The position numbers were made by a program, and so were the translations under genes. Positions 41,468 through 50,779 of a stretch of 64,000 nucleotides of DNA are shown here, piece after piece. Source of the DNA: an uncultured virus (IMG/VR IMGVR_UViG_3300030012_003218) (lineage: Duplodnaviria > Heunggongvirae > Uroviricota > Caudoviricetes); IMG/VR virus record IMGVR_UViG_3300030012_003218, positions 1 to 64,000 of that record; one strand, 5' to 3'. Numbering within the stretch: position 1 is the stretch's first letter; every line of letters starts with the position of its first letter. The notes beneath the pieces were generated by a model. It did no database searches. It was not told where the DNA came from and saw only the letters and a program-made list of their open reading frames with translations.

Positions 41468-43588
41468 TTAAATTTTAACTTCAAACTTTTTATTTAATGT
41501 CTTAGCTAACTGAGTCACATTGTTTACATCAATGAACTCTGAATCCTTTCCGTACATTTTCTCAAACTGACTCTTACTATTTCCGTAGTATCCATCAGAG
41601 ATAAAGTAAGAAAGAACTGATACACCTGACTGTCTGATTTTCTTGACTTGTTCTGCTGTATGGTCTACTGCGTATTGACCGTTGTAACTAATTTCTCTGT
41701 TATCAAAACCAGGCCACCCATCTGAGAAGTTGATTAGATAACTCTCTTCACCGTTCTTGGTCTTAGTTAACTCTTTTAGTACTGCTTCAAAACAAAGACC
41801 CTCGGGTGTTGTACCACTTGGTGATATGTGTTTGAATAAGTTCTGTATCTTTGAGAACTTATCTTTTCTCGAATCATATGCAACCAACATCAAAGGTTGA
41901 CAGTGTCTACTTTCTCTATTGTAGTAAATACCTCTGTAAGATATAACAACATTCATATTCTCTGTCATTGATGCTGCTTTAGCGATTGCTACTGCGGCGG
42001 TCTGAGTGTTGTACCACTTGTCACCATTCATTGAAGAACTTGCGTCAATCGAGATATGTAGTAGAGAAGGAGTCGCGGTATTGATATTGATTTGGTCAAA
42101 GATATCAAAGTTACCGAAACCAATCTCGTGTAACATTCTACCATTCAACTTACCACTCTTCATTCTTGGAGTCTGAAGAACTCTCTCCTCGTTTCTTGTT
42201 TTAAGTTTCTTACCTAACTGAGTACCTAACATAATACCCTTGTCAACTGCGACCTTGTTTGAATCAGTTCTCCAATAACCTAAGTGGTCAATCAGACCCG
42301 ACTCAATTAACTGTTGAGTCATGTTGTTGATAACATAAGTTTGAACACCTTGTGATTGGTTTCTCCAATAACCTTGTTCAAGACCTTTACCTGTAACCTC
42401 TGTCTTGATATCTGCAGTATCAAGAGTATCAATCTTCTTTTTATCTGCTTTAGATATTTTCTTTTTAGTGATATCACCATTCTGAAACTTCTTTTGTTTT
42501 TCAATGGCGTTCTCTAACATCTTTTTTTGTCTGTCATTCAGTGGTTGGTGTTGACCACCTGCACCATTCTTGTTTGATTGACCACTTGACATAGAACCTT
42601 TCTTATCAGTAGAACCATCGTCCTTACCATCACCATCAGAGTCGGTACCTTTACCTTTACCCTTACCTGTCATTGGTTTACCATCACCCGTTGGTTTAGA
42701 TTGTGAATCAGATACTTCAGACTTACCATCAGTATCACCATCTTCACCACCATTACTTTTTTGTGATTCTGGCATTTGGTCCATATAATCATCAACATTC
42801 TTTTGGATGACTTTGTATATCTTACCTGCTAACTCAAGAGACTCATCTGTATTTTTTAGTCTTGAAATATTTCTAAGGTCAAGAAGACTCCAAATCTCTT
42901 TCAATCCTTTTAGAGCACTGAGGTCTCTGTTCTTGTTAGTGATGTTAATCAATCTAAACATATAAGACTCCCAAGTCTCATCTCTATGTTCTGAAGACTT
43001 AAGACCCTTGTCTACTACATTAGAGTGGAAATACTTTTTGTACATTGACTCGTAGTAACCTCTGTAACCAGGCGCCGATGAATAAACAAAGTTATCAATT
43101 CTCCTGTCTTCTACATAGTTAAGAAGGTCTTTTAGTTTACTTTTTATATCATTACCCACTGACCACCAATCGTCACCAAACACTCCCGACTTGTCTTGAT
43201 AAGGTTTAACGATTTCTTGCATAGACACAGGAAATATGTTGTGGTCCATAAGATTTCTAAGGGAATCGAAATCTGTAAGTTTAATGTGAGAACCCTCATG
43301 TAGTGCGAGACCAACCACGGGGTCAAATTCTTTATCGTCTAATTTTGCAGAGATAACAACCTCTTGACCATCCGTGTAAGAGTCACTACCCCTACCATCG
43401 AATGTCACAGGAATAGACTCACCTGTTACAATACTTACGAAGTTACCGATACTCCTCTTGTAGGACATCAGTTTCATTAAGTCATTTGATTTCTTTTCTA
43501 CTTTTGATACATCATCATCCTCGTCCCAAATAGACTTGTCGAGCCAGAAGGATGAATAGTTTAGATTTGATTTATACATATTTCCCAT
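41468..43588 (-). CDS. CobT-like VWA protein with an N-terminal HExxH metallopeptidase-like domain
   Basis: LHEGSH, NYVEDRRI, acidic/Gly linker, MIDAS IDASSSM, GTTPE, FSDG. Confidence 0.85.
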   Translation of the reverse strand: MGNMYKSNLNYSSFWLDKSIWDEDDDVSKVEKKSNDLMKLMSYKRSIGNFVSIVTGESIPVTFDGRGSDSYTDGQEVVISAKLDDKEFDPVVGLALHEGSHIKLTDFDSLRNLMDHNIFPVSMQEIVKPYQDKSGVFGDDWWSVGNDIKSKLKDLLNYVEDRRIDNFVYSSAPGYRGYYESMYKKYFHSNVVDKGLKSSEHRDETWESYMFRLINITNKNRDLSALKGLKEIWSLLDLRNISRLKNTDESLELAGKIYKVIQKNVDDYMDQMPESQKSNGGEDGDTDGKSEVSDSQSKPTGDGKPMTGKGKGKGTDSDGDGKDDGSTDKKGSMSSGQSNKNGAGGQHQPLNDRQKKMLENAIEKQKKFQNGDITKKKISKADKKKIDTLDTADIKTEVTGKGLEQGYWRNQSQGVQTYVINNMTQQLIESGLIDHLGYWRTDSNKVAVDKGIMLGTQLGKKLKTRNEERVLQTPRMKSGKLNGRMLHEIGFGNFDIFDQININTATPSLLHISIDASSSMNGDKWYNTQTAAVAIAKAASMTENMNVVISYRGIYYNRESRHCQPLMLVAYDSRKDKFSKIQNLFKHISPSGTTPEGLCFEAVLKELTKTKNGEESYLINFSDGWPGFDNREISYNGQYAVDHTAEQVKKIRQSGVSVLSYFISDGYYGNSKSQFEKMYGKDSEFIDVNNVTQLAKTLNKKFEVKI

Positions 43589-43806
43589 TTTTTAATCTTA
43601 CGATATAAAGATAATACAATTTTTACTTATTTCCAAATTTCTAATGTTAAGAAATTGTTAAATTTTTCTTATGTTTCTCCTTTCGAGAATAAGTCTTTTT
43701 AGACTTATGAGTTTGTTCAGTTGTCTTCTTACCAATATGATGACTCGCCTCACCACGGGTCCAACCCCCGTTGAAGTCAAGTTCGTCTTGATATGATTCT
43801 TTTTTC

Positions 43807-44040
43807 TTACCCATTTTTAGCTACCCCTTTTAAAAAGTCTTCTTCAAACTCTAACCAATCAGGTATTGAGTCTAAATCAACAACTGAAGAAATTAGTTTT
43901 TCAACAAATACATGGTCACCCCAAGAAGCGGAATTGTGACATTGTTTTACTAACTTCAATAGTTTCATAAATTTGTTATCTAACTCAATGTAGTTTGTAT
44001 TGCTTATATTACTGTAATTTTTATATTTTAGTTTTATCAT
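43807..44040 (-). CDS. hypothetical protein
   Basis: First ORF after a TTAACA-type promoter. Confidence 0.5.
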   Translation of the reverse strand: MIKLKYKNYSNISNTNYIELDNKFMKLLKLVKQCHNSASWGDHVFVEKLISSVVDLDSIPDWLEFEEDFLKGVAKNG

Positions 44041-44142
44041 ATCTTTTTCTTTACATAGTAAAGATAAGCATAAAAACGTTAATATCCAAACCTTTTTTGT
44101 TAAATTTTTGTTAAAGTTATTAACAAGTTATTAACAATTATA

Positions 44143-44487
44143 TTATATTTTAGATGACATTAGTGTAGATGTATGTCCTTCAGACCACCCTTTTTCTCTG
44201 TAGAAGTTAAGTGTTGTTGGTAGACAGTACGTTATTACATCATACCCTTTAAGGTTTTCTTGACACCATTTCCATCTGGCGTCCCATAACATTCTGTAGA
44301 TTCCGTTACCTCTATATTCTTCTTCTACAAATGCATTAGCAAACTTTACTGTATTGTGGGATAAAAATAGTAATGAGTTCCAACCTATCGCTTTATTATT
44401 GTGTAGAGCAATCCACCCACACTCCTCTTTGGGAGTTGGTACGGATTCTGGCAACTTGTAGGGTACGATAGTTATATTCATTCTCAT
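44143..44487 (-). CDS. GNAT acetyltransferase
   Basis: FVEEEYRGNGIY, NFYREKGW. Confidence 0.8.
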   Translation of the reverse strand: MRMNITIVPYKLPESVPTPKEECGWIALHNNKAIGWNSLLFLSHNTVKFANAFVEEEYRGNGIYRMLWDARWKWCQENLKGYDVITYCLPTTLNFYREKGWSEGHTSTLMSSKI

Positions 44488-44511
44488 TTCTCATAAAGAA
44501 ATAAATATATA

Positions 44512-44850
44512 CTATTTTTCCATTTCCCTTCTAATCTTTGATGCTGATATGTCGTATATATCTTTCGGTGGTTCGTGCTCGATTACTTCGTATCCAACTG
44601 TTCTACCATAATTGATTGATTCAATGTCAGGTATGACTATAACTTTCACCCTACCTTCAGTTACTAAATCGTTTAATTCTGCTTTGATATTGTGTACAAT
44701 CTTTCCACTGTACCACTCGTGGGTTTCGTCAGGGTGTTCGTCTCTAACTGCTATACAAACGTTCTTACCTTCATTTAATCTTTGGTCTATTAACCATCTA
44801 TGTCCATTATGCCATGGTTGATATCTACCTACGAAAAGTGAGTATTTCAT
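44512..44850 (-). CDS. small HxGH nucleotidyltransferase
   Basis: GRYQPWHNGH ... ISASKIR. Confidence 0.85.
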   Translation of the reverse strand: MKYSLFVGRYQPWHNGHRWLIDQRLNEGKNVCIAVRDEHPDETHEWYSGKIVHNIKAELNDLVTEGRVKVIVIPDIESINYGRTVGYEVIEHEPPKDIYDISASKIRREMEK

Positions 44851-45262
44851 TTATACAATCCTCTATTAATCTGTTGTCTGTGTTCATCCAAACATCATAC
44901 TTACCGACCTCTAAGTCTTCGGTATGATAGTGTTCTCGTCCTCTGATTTCAGTTGTGTATGTGTAAATCAGCATAGGGTCGAGGTCGTGTATCTCATTTC
45001 TTACATCTTGATATGGACCAACAACTGATACAATAACTGTGAATCCTTTGTGATATAAGAAACGAATAAGGTCGTTAACCTTTCTTAAGTTGTTACGTCT
45101 ACCTTGTTCAGAATAATCTTTGTTCTGAAATATTTCTCTCATCTCATCACCATCTATTCTAATTATCTTTAGGTGTGGTGATTTCTTATTTAGACGTTCT
45201 TGTAATGCGTTACCGAGTGTTGTCTTACCTGCGCCAGGTTGTCCGTAAAACCAATAAATCAT
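44825..45262 (-). CDS. cysC: adenylylsulfate kinase-like protein
   Basis: WFYGQPGAGKTT, IDGD.MR, YSEQGRRNN, VIVSVVGPY..VR. Confidence 0.75.
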   Translation of the reverse strand: MIYWFYGQPGAGKTTLGNALQERLNKKSPHLKIIRIDGDEMREIFQNKDYSEQGRRNNLRKVNDLIRFLYHKGFTVIVSVVGPYQDVRNEIHDLDPMLIYTYTTEIRGREHYHTEDLEVGKYDVWMNTDNRLIEDCINEILTFRR

Positions 45263-45657
45263 TTTTCTTCTTTCTCAAATTTATCCTTGATTCTTTGATG
45301 GATTGGAATGGGGTCACCACCTTCATCAATCCTAACAAATTTTATTGACGTGGATAATATTAATTTTTGATTACCGTCATACACATTATGTGCTCTTGCT
45401 TCAAGATATGCAGTTATAGATGTTTTACCAACTTCTTTTATCTTTCCATATATCTTTAGTAACTGTCCTTCTTTAGCAGGTTTTTTAAATATACATTTAT
45501 CAATCATAACAGTTACGAGTCTCGGACTATCCACATACTCAGTAGTAAACGCCGCTCCTGCAGCATCAATCCATGCTAAAAGTTTACCACCAAACAAATT
45601 GTTGTGTAGTCCTAAATCTGATTTCTTAATTGGGTGTGTTGTTATTAGTTTCATCAT
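45259..45657 (-). CDS. HotDog acyl-CoA thioesterase
   Basis: NLFGGKLLAWID, FKKP, VGKTSI. Confidence 0.88.
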   Translation of the reverse strand: MMKLITTHPIKKSDLGLHNNLFGGKLLAWIDAAGAAFTTEYVDSPRLVTVMIDKCIFKKPAKEGQLLKIYGKIKEVGKTSITAYLEARAHNVYDGNQKLILSTSIKFVRIDEGGDPIPIHQRIKDKFEKEEK

Positions 45658-45935
45658 TAAAAAGGTAGTTCATTTAGCCACTCTGCTATATCTTGTTTTA
45701 CTTTATCATCTTTTTGGGAGTTCCATGCTCTGTCCCATTGTTCTCTTAAATACTTTCGATGATGGGGTTCTAAGTTCATACCTTTGTCAGTGTATGCTAT
45801 TATACCCTGTAACACTGCCCATACATCTCCTCTTTGTCTTTGTGTCATTGTCTTAGAGTTCTCAATTAGACTCCACAATATAAGGATTTTTTCAGAATCC
45901 CTTTTTATATTCCATGGTGAATATTCATCCCACAT
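45657..45935 (-). CDS. hypothetical protein
   Basis: ORF coupled within the operon. Confidence 0.5.
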   Translation of the reverse strand: MWDEYSPWNIKRDSEKILILWSLIENSKTMTQRQRGDVWAVLQGIIAYTDKGMNLEPHHRKYLREQWDRAWNSQKDDKVKQDIAEWLNELPF

Positions 45936-46551
45936 CTTGTAAAAATTGTTCTATACTAATTAAACCTAAATCTTCTTCTCTGTTTGCGTCCATGACATTA
46001 AACTCATAAAACTCATTATGATTCCATACAAGTTTAGTATCAAAGAGTTCGTTACGTTTTACAATACCAATACCCCAATCAGTATCAACAACACAAACGT
46101 GTAAGTCTTTTCTTGTTGTTCTTAGATTGTATATCGCCTTCCATACAGTTCCATTCCACGGTTCATATCCGTATTCAGTTCTGTAGTTTTCTCTTGCCAT
46201 ATGTGAGGTTGGTGGATTACAATCGTGTAGTATAACATATCCGTTTGGACTTAAAACTCTTAAAGAATTTTCTATATCCTTTTTAACTTGATATGATTTA
46301 TGTAGACCATCGATAAAGATTACATCATACTTTCTATTAGGGTCGTGTTCACTTAAATACTCAAAGAACGTATCAGACTCCATTTGGTATGTAACAGGGT
46401 TTTCTTCAAACTCATAGCCAGGGTCGACACCATGTTTTAGTTCACAATTAACTTTATCAAAACAATCTACAGGATTACATACACCAATCTCAAGGTACTT
46501 TGTAAACCCATTTACTTCTATTACTTTGTTTATTATATCGTATCTTAACAT
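45925..46551 (-). CDS. class I SAM-dependent methyltransferase
   Basis: YLEIGV, GVDP, DVIFIDGLH, ILHDCNP. Confidence 0.88.
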   Translation of the reverse strand: MLRYDIINKVIEVNGFTKYLEIGVCNPVDCFDKVNCELKHGVDPGYEFEENPVTYQMESDTFFEYLSEHDPNRKYDVIFIDGLHKSYQVKKDIENSLRVLSPNGYVILHDCNPPTSHMARENYRTEYGYEPWNGTVWKAIYNLRTTRKDLHVCVVDTDWGIGIVKRNELFDTKLVWNHNEFYEFNVMDANREEDLGLISIEQFLQDVG

Positions 46552-46563
46552 AACATTTATTTG

Positions 46564-46635
46564 TACTCGGTAGGGGAATCGAACCCCTATTGCCAGGATG
46601 AAAACCTGAAGTCCTAACCGTTAGACGAACCGAGC
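46564..46635 (-). tRNA. tRNA-Glu(TTC)
   Basis: Cloverleaf; anticodon arm TCAGG-TTTTCAT-CCTGG; T-loop TTCGATT. Confidence 0.92.
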
Positions 46636-46636
46636 A

Positions 46637-46840
46637 TTATTTAAACTTAGCTATATTACTGTATTTCTTTTTCACGTCCTCTATGTTTTGTAACGCCTGA
46701 TTATACTCTTTCTGTATACTTTTATCGACATTGAAGTTCAATACAGTTTGACAATGTGGACAAACCGATACAGGATTCTTTAGAATAAATTCTAAAGTTA
46801 AATCTAACGGTGTAGTACAACTCGGACATGGTAAAGGCAT
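46637..46840 (-). CDS. small zinc-ribbon protein
   Basis: CPSC...CPHC. Confidence 0.7.
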   Translation of the reverse strand: MPLPCPSCTTPLDLTLEFILKNPVSVCPHCQTVLNFNVDKSIQKEYNQALQNIEDVKKKYSNIAKFK

Positions 46841-46841
46841 A

Positions 46842-47123
46842 CTACTTGTCTTTGAACCAATAATTAATTACTTGGTTGAAGTTTCCGATTAATGCACCTA
46901 ACAACAATAATAGAAGTTCTTTCCATTCTGCGTTAAGACCTTTGTCAAAGTGCATTGATAAGAATATCCAAACCAATGTAAAAGCAAAACATGAGATTAC
47001 AAACATACTAATTCGTAATCTTTGTTTACCGTTACTACTTACCTTTGTGTTAGTAGTATCTTGCTCTTTTTCCATAGGTTTCCCTTTCTTACTATTTGGT
47101 AATTCTAACTCAGGAATCGCCAT
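46842..47123 (-). CDS. two-TM membrane protein
   Basis: Two hydrophobic helices; ends LLGALIGNFNQVINYWF. Confidence 0.7.
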   Translation of the reverse strand: MAIPELELPNSKKGKPMEKEQDTTNTKVSSNGKQRLRISMFVISCFAFTLVWIFLSMHFDKGLNAEWKELLLLLLGALIGNFNQVINYWFKDK

Positions 47124-47619
47124 TCTCTATAACTTTATGAGTCGGGTCATCCATTTTCGCTATTAACATATCTACTAATCGAGAAACCGCCTCGGGTTTA
47201 TTATCTTTCTTAAAATGTATACTGATTTTAGCAACACCTTCCTTGTCAGGACTGTTACCATCAACTGAGATATTACTAATCTGATGTTTGTACTTGTCAT
47301 TACCTTTTTGTTTTTGTCTTTGAAAGATAGGTAATAAATTCTTTTTGAGTGCTGATGGTTTAGTTGTATTTCCTGGCAATAGTCTTGCTTGGAACTCAAT
47401 ATCCAACTTATCTAACCCAACAGATGAATGGTCCGCAAGAATGTAGAGTGGTATCTCTATATCCCTGTCACCGATTCTAAACTTTTGAGTGATTGGTGTA
47501 CCATCTTTATCAAAATACTTTGAGATGGTATTGATGTGTTGTCTTTCTTGTATAGAAAGAACTACTTGTGAGGCCTCTTGTAGACCACCAAGTAGTTCTT
47601 CTAAATTAACCTTAGCCAT
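47110..47619 (-). CDS. DUF2589-like protein
   Basis: LEELLGGLQEA, IEIPLYIL, LDIEF, KPEAVSRLVD; paralogous to the next gene. Confidence 0.7.
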   Translation of the reverse strand: MAKVNLEELLGGLQEASQVVLSIQERQHINTISKYFDKDGTPITQKFRIGDRDIEIPLYILADHSSVGLDKLDIEFQARLLPGNTTKPSALKKNLLPIFQRQKQKGNDKYKHQISNISVDGNSPDKEGVAKISIHFKKDNKPEAVSRLVDMLIAKMDDPTHKVIENGDS

Positions 47620-47694
47620 GCTTTAACTATAACTTATTTTTTTACTTCTTACTAATATACAAAAAATATTTCAATTTTCCAAATTAGTTATGGA

Positions 47695-48321
47695 CTATCC
47701 TGCTGAACCTGTTGATGGTGTTACAGTACCGTCAGGGTTTTGCATTCCCACTACAGTTGGTTCCATCATCATGTGTAACATATCGTTTAGTTTACCCATA
47801 CCTTCAGTTTGTGGTAGTTGTTCTGCGTGTACTTTAACATTGTACTTAGCTGAGTTGTCAGTTTTTCTTGTATTCTCTTTATGAGTTGCTACTTTACCTG
47901 TCATAGAGGCTTTAAACTTAACTCCCCAAAATCCACCTGAAGCCTGAACTGATGTTTCGAATGATGAATCACTTGTATTCTTAGACAAGGTTGATTCATT
48001 AACTTCCATAGTAAAATCAACATCTGCAGATGTAACTGCTAATGTTGGTAGTGGTACTAATGGTAACATAGGAATCATAGATTGAATTTGTTGTAACTTT
48101 AATTCACCTGTTTCCGCGTCCTTTATATACCTGTTTAGTTCAACATCGATTTTTCTTGATTTACGATGGGTACTACTTCCTGAAGGTGGTTCAAATGCAA
48201 CCTCAGAGATGTACTTCCAAGTAATATCATTTAGTTGCGCTTGACCTTTTGCCACACCTGTTAGTGGACCAACGATTAGTTCTTCGATTGGTAGTCCTTT
48301 AAATTGATTTGCGATTGACAT
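47695..48321 (-). CDS. DUF2589 family protein
   Basis: QFKGLPIEELIVGPL..AQ..L, PLVPLPTLAV...DFTMEV, NTRKTDNSAKYNVKVHA...EGMGKL. Confidence 0.8.
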   Translation of the reverse strand: MSIANQFKGLPIEELIVGPLTGVAKGQAQLNDITWKYISEVAFEPPSGSSTHRKSRKIDVELNRYIKDAETGELKLQQIQSMIPMLPLVPLPTLAVTSADVDFTMEVNESTLSKNTSDSSFETSVQASGGFWGVKFKASMTGKVATHKENTRKTDNSAKYNVKVHAEQLPQTEGMGKLNDMLHMMMEPTVVGMQNPDGTVTPSTGSAG

Positions 48322-48399
48322 AATACTTTCTCCTTTTAAAACGTTTTTATATTGACACTTATATCAATAATAAGTATATATAAAAACAAACAAACGTAG

Positions 48400-48473
48400 T
48401 GGAGATAGTGAGACTCGAACTCACGACCCCTACGGTGCAAGCGTAGTGCTCTAGCCATCTGAGCTATATCCCC
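48400..48473 (-). tRNA. tRNA-Ala(TGC)
   Basis: GGGGATA acceptor with G3:U70; anticodon arm CTACG-CTTGCAC-CGTAG. Confidence 0.93.
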
Positions 48474-48480
48474 TACGAAT

Positions 48481-48750
48481 TTATCCTTTTAAGATTTCTT
48501 TTTCGTCTGATTCAGATACAGGGATATCGTGACCATACTCTTTTCCAAAGTACTCAGAAAGTGTTTCTAACTTTCCTGTTGCACTTTCAAGTTGTCCGAT
48601 AAGTTTGTCGATTTCTTCTGTGTGTTGTGGGTGTTCCCCAATAGCGACAGGATTCTCAAAGTAGACTGATAGTCTTGCTTTTGCGTCCATGATATCTGCT
48701 GTATACTTCGCCTCTACGGCTTGATATAATCTTCTTGAAACTTTACTCAT
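48481..48750 (-). CDS. conserved phage hypothetical protein
   Basis: YFENPVAIGEHP motif; late-type motif upstream. Confidence 0.6.
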   Translation of the reverse strand: MSKVSRRLYQAVEAKYTADIMDAKARLSVYFENPVAIGEHPQHTEEIDKLIGQLESATGKLETLSEYFGKEYGHDIPVSESDEKEILKG

Positions 48751-48816
48751 AACAATTGTTGTTTAATTAGTTAACTAAATATAAATATTAAAATATATTT
48801 AATAAATGTTTTTAGG

Positions 48817-48893
48817 TTGGGATGATGGGGATTGAACCCATATGTAACCAATTACCCTTTCTACTGCGTATAAGACAGAGGGGATACATCCCA
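48817..48893 (-). ncRNA. non-canonical tRNA-like RNA (no D-arm at the normal position; TAT anticodon-like loop)
   Basis: Perfect 7-bp acceptor TGGGATG/CATCCCA, canonical T-arm ATGGG-TTCAATC-CCCAT, hairpin CTGT-CTTATAC-GCAG; lies inside the tRNA array. Confidence 0.75.
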
Positions 48894-48905
48894 ATCTAAA
48901 CGTTG

Positions 48906-48979
48906 TGAACCCGACAGGATTCGAACCTGTGACCGTCTGCTTAGAAGGCAGATGCTCTATCCAACTGAGCTACGGGTCC
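48906..48979 (-). tRNA. tRNA-Arg(TCT)
   Basis: Cloverleaf; anticodon arm TCTGC-CTTCTAA-GCAGA. Confidence 0.93.
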
Positions 48980-48987
48980 ATATGTTG

Positions 48988-49073
48988 TACCTGAGGACGG
49001 ACTCGAACCGTCACGGACATTACTGTCCAAGGGATTTTAAGTCCCTCGTGTCTACCAATTCCACCACTCAGGT
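48988..49073 (-). tRNA. tRNA-Leu(TAA)
   Basis: Cloverleaf with a long variable arm; anticodon arm AGGGA-CTTAAAA-TCCCT. Confidence 0.93.
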
Positions 49074-49143
49074 GTCAAAGAACAGTACTAATATACGATG
49101 GGATTTTTTTAAATCCAAATCAGTAATGTTAAATAATCGTTAA

Positions 49144-50622
49144 TTAAAAATCTATCCCTTCGATTGGGGATGTCTGTGAATTGTTTGCTGCTTCATACCT
49201 GTCTTGTTCAACAGGGTTTGATTTAAACGCGAGGACGTTCATGTTTTGAATAAACATCTTTCTAATATCTTCTCTTGGGTGAGTTGTATATGTAGCGGGT
49301 AAGAACTCATCTGATACTATTATGTTTTGTTTTAGTGTTGGTACGTTTGTTTCTACTAACTTCTTTGCTCCATCGTAGTTTAAAACATAACAATGAGTTT
49401 GATATGAATAACTTGGTTTGACCCAATTATCTAATCCTACATTACTATCATCACCACTAATCCTAAGTCTTGATAGGAATACTAAATCCCAATCATAACC
49501 TTCTAACTCATCAAAGGTATTCCAATGAAACTTTTTTGTTGGATTAAAATCATCTTCTAATATCAATACGTTGTTATATTCTCTTTCAACTACATCTTCC
49601 CATATTCTAATATGAGAGTGTACACCACCTGCCTCACCAACAGTTACAGGTCTTGTCCACCAATTGTTACCACTTTCTATCTTCCAATCATCATAGAACT
49701 TGATACCCATTTGTTCTCTCTTTTCAATCGTATCAAACTCTTCCTTACCATTTGTCCCTCTCCATATTCTTATCGGAACATCATTTGGTAAACCTAATTC
49801 TTTTACTCTACTGATTAATCTTTCTACGTTCTCGTTACTTGTATCTAATGTAATGACATAAACCATATCAAGTTTAATACTTCGTTCTAATCGTGTTATA
49901 TCCTCAGTTAGTGAGGTACCATATTCATTACCCGATTCAATATCCGTAGATGTTTGTTTTATCCAATTGTCATCATTGGTTGGTGGTGATATAAACTTTA
50001 ATGATGGTTTAATAAACTCCCTGATATCCTTTCGTGGATGTTTACATATTGTTGATATTAGAAACTCATCAAGTGGCATTAGATTGTTTATGAAGTCATA
50101 GTCGTATAACAACTTTCGTAATCCCTCTCGTGTCAATATGTACGCATGAGCGTTGTAACTATATTGTGGATATACCCAATGGTCATTATACTTTTGTTCG
50201 TCTTCACCATATAACCATTCGTGATTTGGTACACGTCTTCTACCTAAGTGTAAACCATCTATATCGTCAGGAATCAGACCGAGGTTGTGTAAAGACTTAA
50301 CACCTTTGAAGTCTTCTTCCAAGAACATACATACTTCGTGTCCTTCATCATACGCCTGTTTCCACATATTATAGTGACCTAATGCACATCCAACTTCACC
50401 ATCTAACATTGGACGTTCCCACCATTCGTTCCACGGATTCATCTCAGTTATTGCCCATGGATACTCATTGTACTCCATATCAGTTTCCTTACCAATGATA
50501 CCATCAACAACCTCGTAGGATGTTTTATACGGTAGGTCTAATTCATCCAATCGACTTGCGATATCATCGTAGTTTCCCCTTACGGATAATACGAATATTT
50601 TATTTATAGGTTTTTCAGTCAC
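49144..50622 (-). CDS. glycosyltransferase family 25-like protein with two tandem domains
   Basis: Occurs twice: GE.G....H...W, LE(E/D)DF, YSY..H.Y.L...G..KL, DEFL...HPR.DIR. Confidence 0.85.
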   Translation of the reverse strand: MTEKPINKIFVLSVRGNYDDIASRLDELDLPYKTSYEVVDGIIGKETDMEYNEYPWAITEMNPWNEWWERPMLDGEVGCALGHYNMWKQAYDEGHEVCMFLEEDFKGVKSLHNLGLIPDDIDGLHLGRRRVPNHEWLYGEDEQKYNDHWVYPQYSYNAHAYILTREGLRKLLYDYDFINNLMPLDEFLISTICKHPRKDIREFIKPSLKFISPPTNDDNWIKQTSTDIESGNEYGTSLTEDITRLERSIKLDMVYVITLDTSNENVERLISRVKELGLPNDVPIRIWRGTNGKEEFDTIEKREQMGIKFYDDWKIESGNNWWTRPVTVGEAGGVHSHIRIWEDVVEREYNNVLILEDDFNPTKKFHWNTFDELEGYDWDLVFLSRLRISGDDSNVGLDNWVKPSYSYQTHCYVLNYDGAKKLVETNVPTLKQNIIVSDEFLPATYTTHPREDIRKMFIQNMNVLAFKSNPVEQDRYEAANNSQTSPIEGIDF

Positions 50623-50779
50623 TTGATATTTCAGATAATCTTTGTTGAATCTTTTGAATCCAAAGTTTGTTTTCTTGGGTGTTCTCCCCGTTAACTTTCA
50701 TGTCTACTAACTCATTAACTAAGTCTTCGTATGATTTACCTTTAATCCATTCTTCAATGTGTTTTGTTAATCTATTCAT

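Noticed and set aside
40108..43588. Cobalamin biosynthesis (cobS/cobT) as an auxiliary metabolic pathway
   Set aside because: No cobN or other cob genes here; a generic MoxR/VWA chaperone pair fits better
48952..49143. 63-aa plus-strand ORF
   Set aside because: It is the antisense of tRNA-Arg, tRNA-Leu and their promoter
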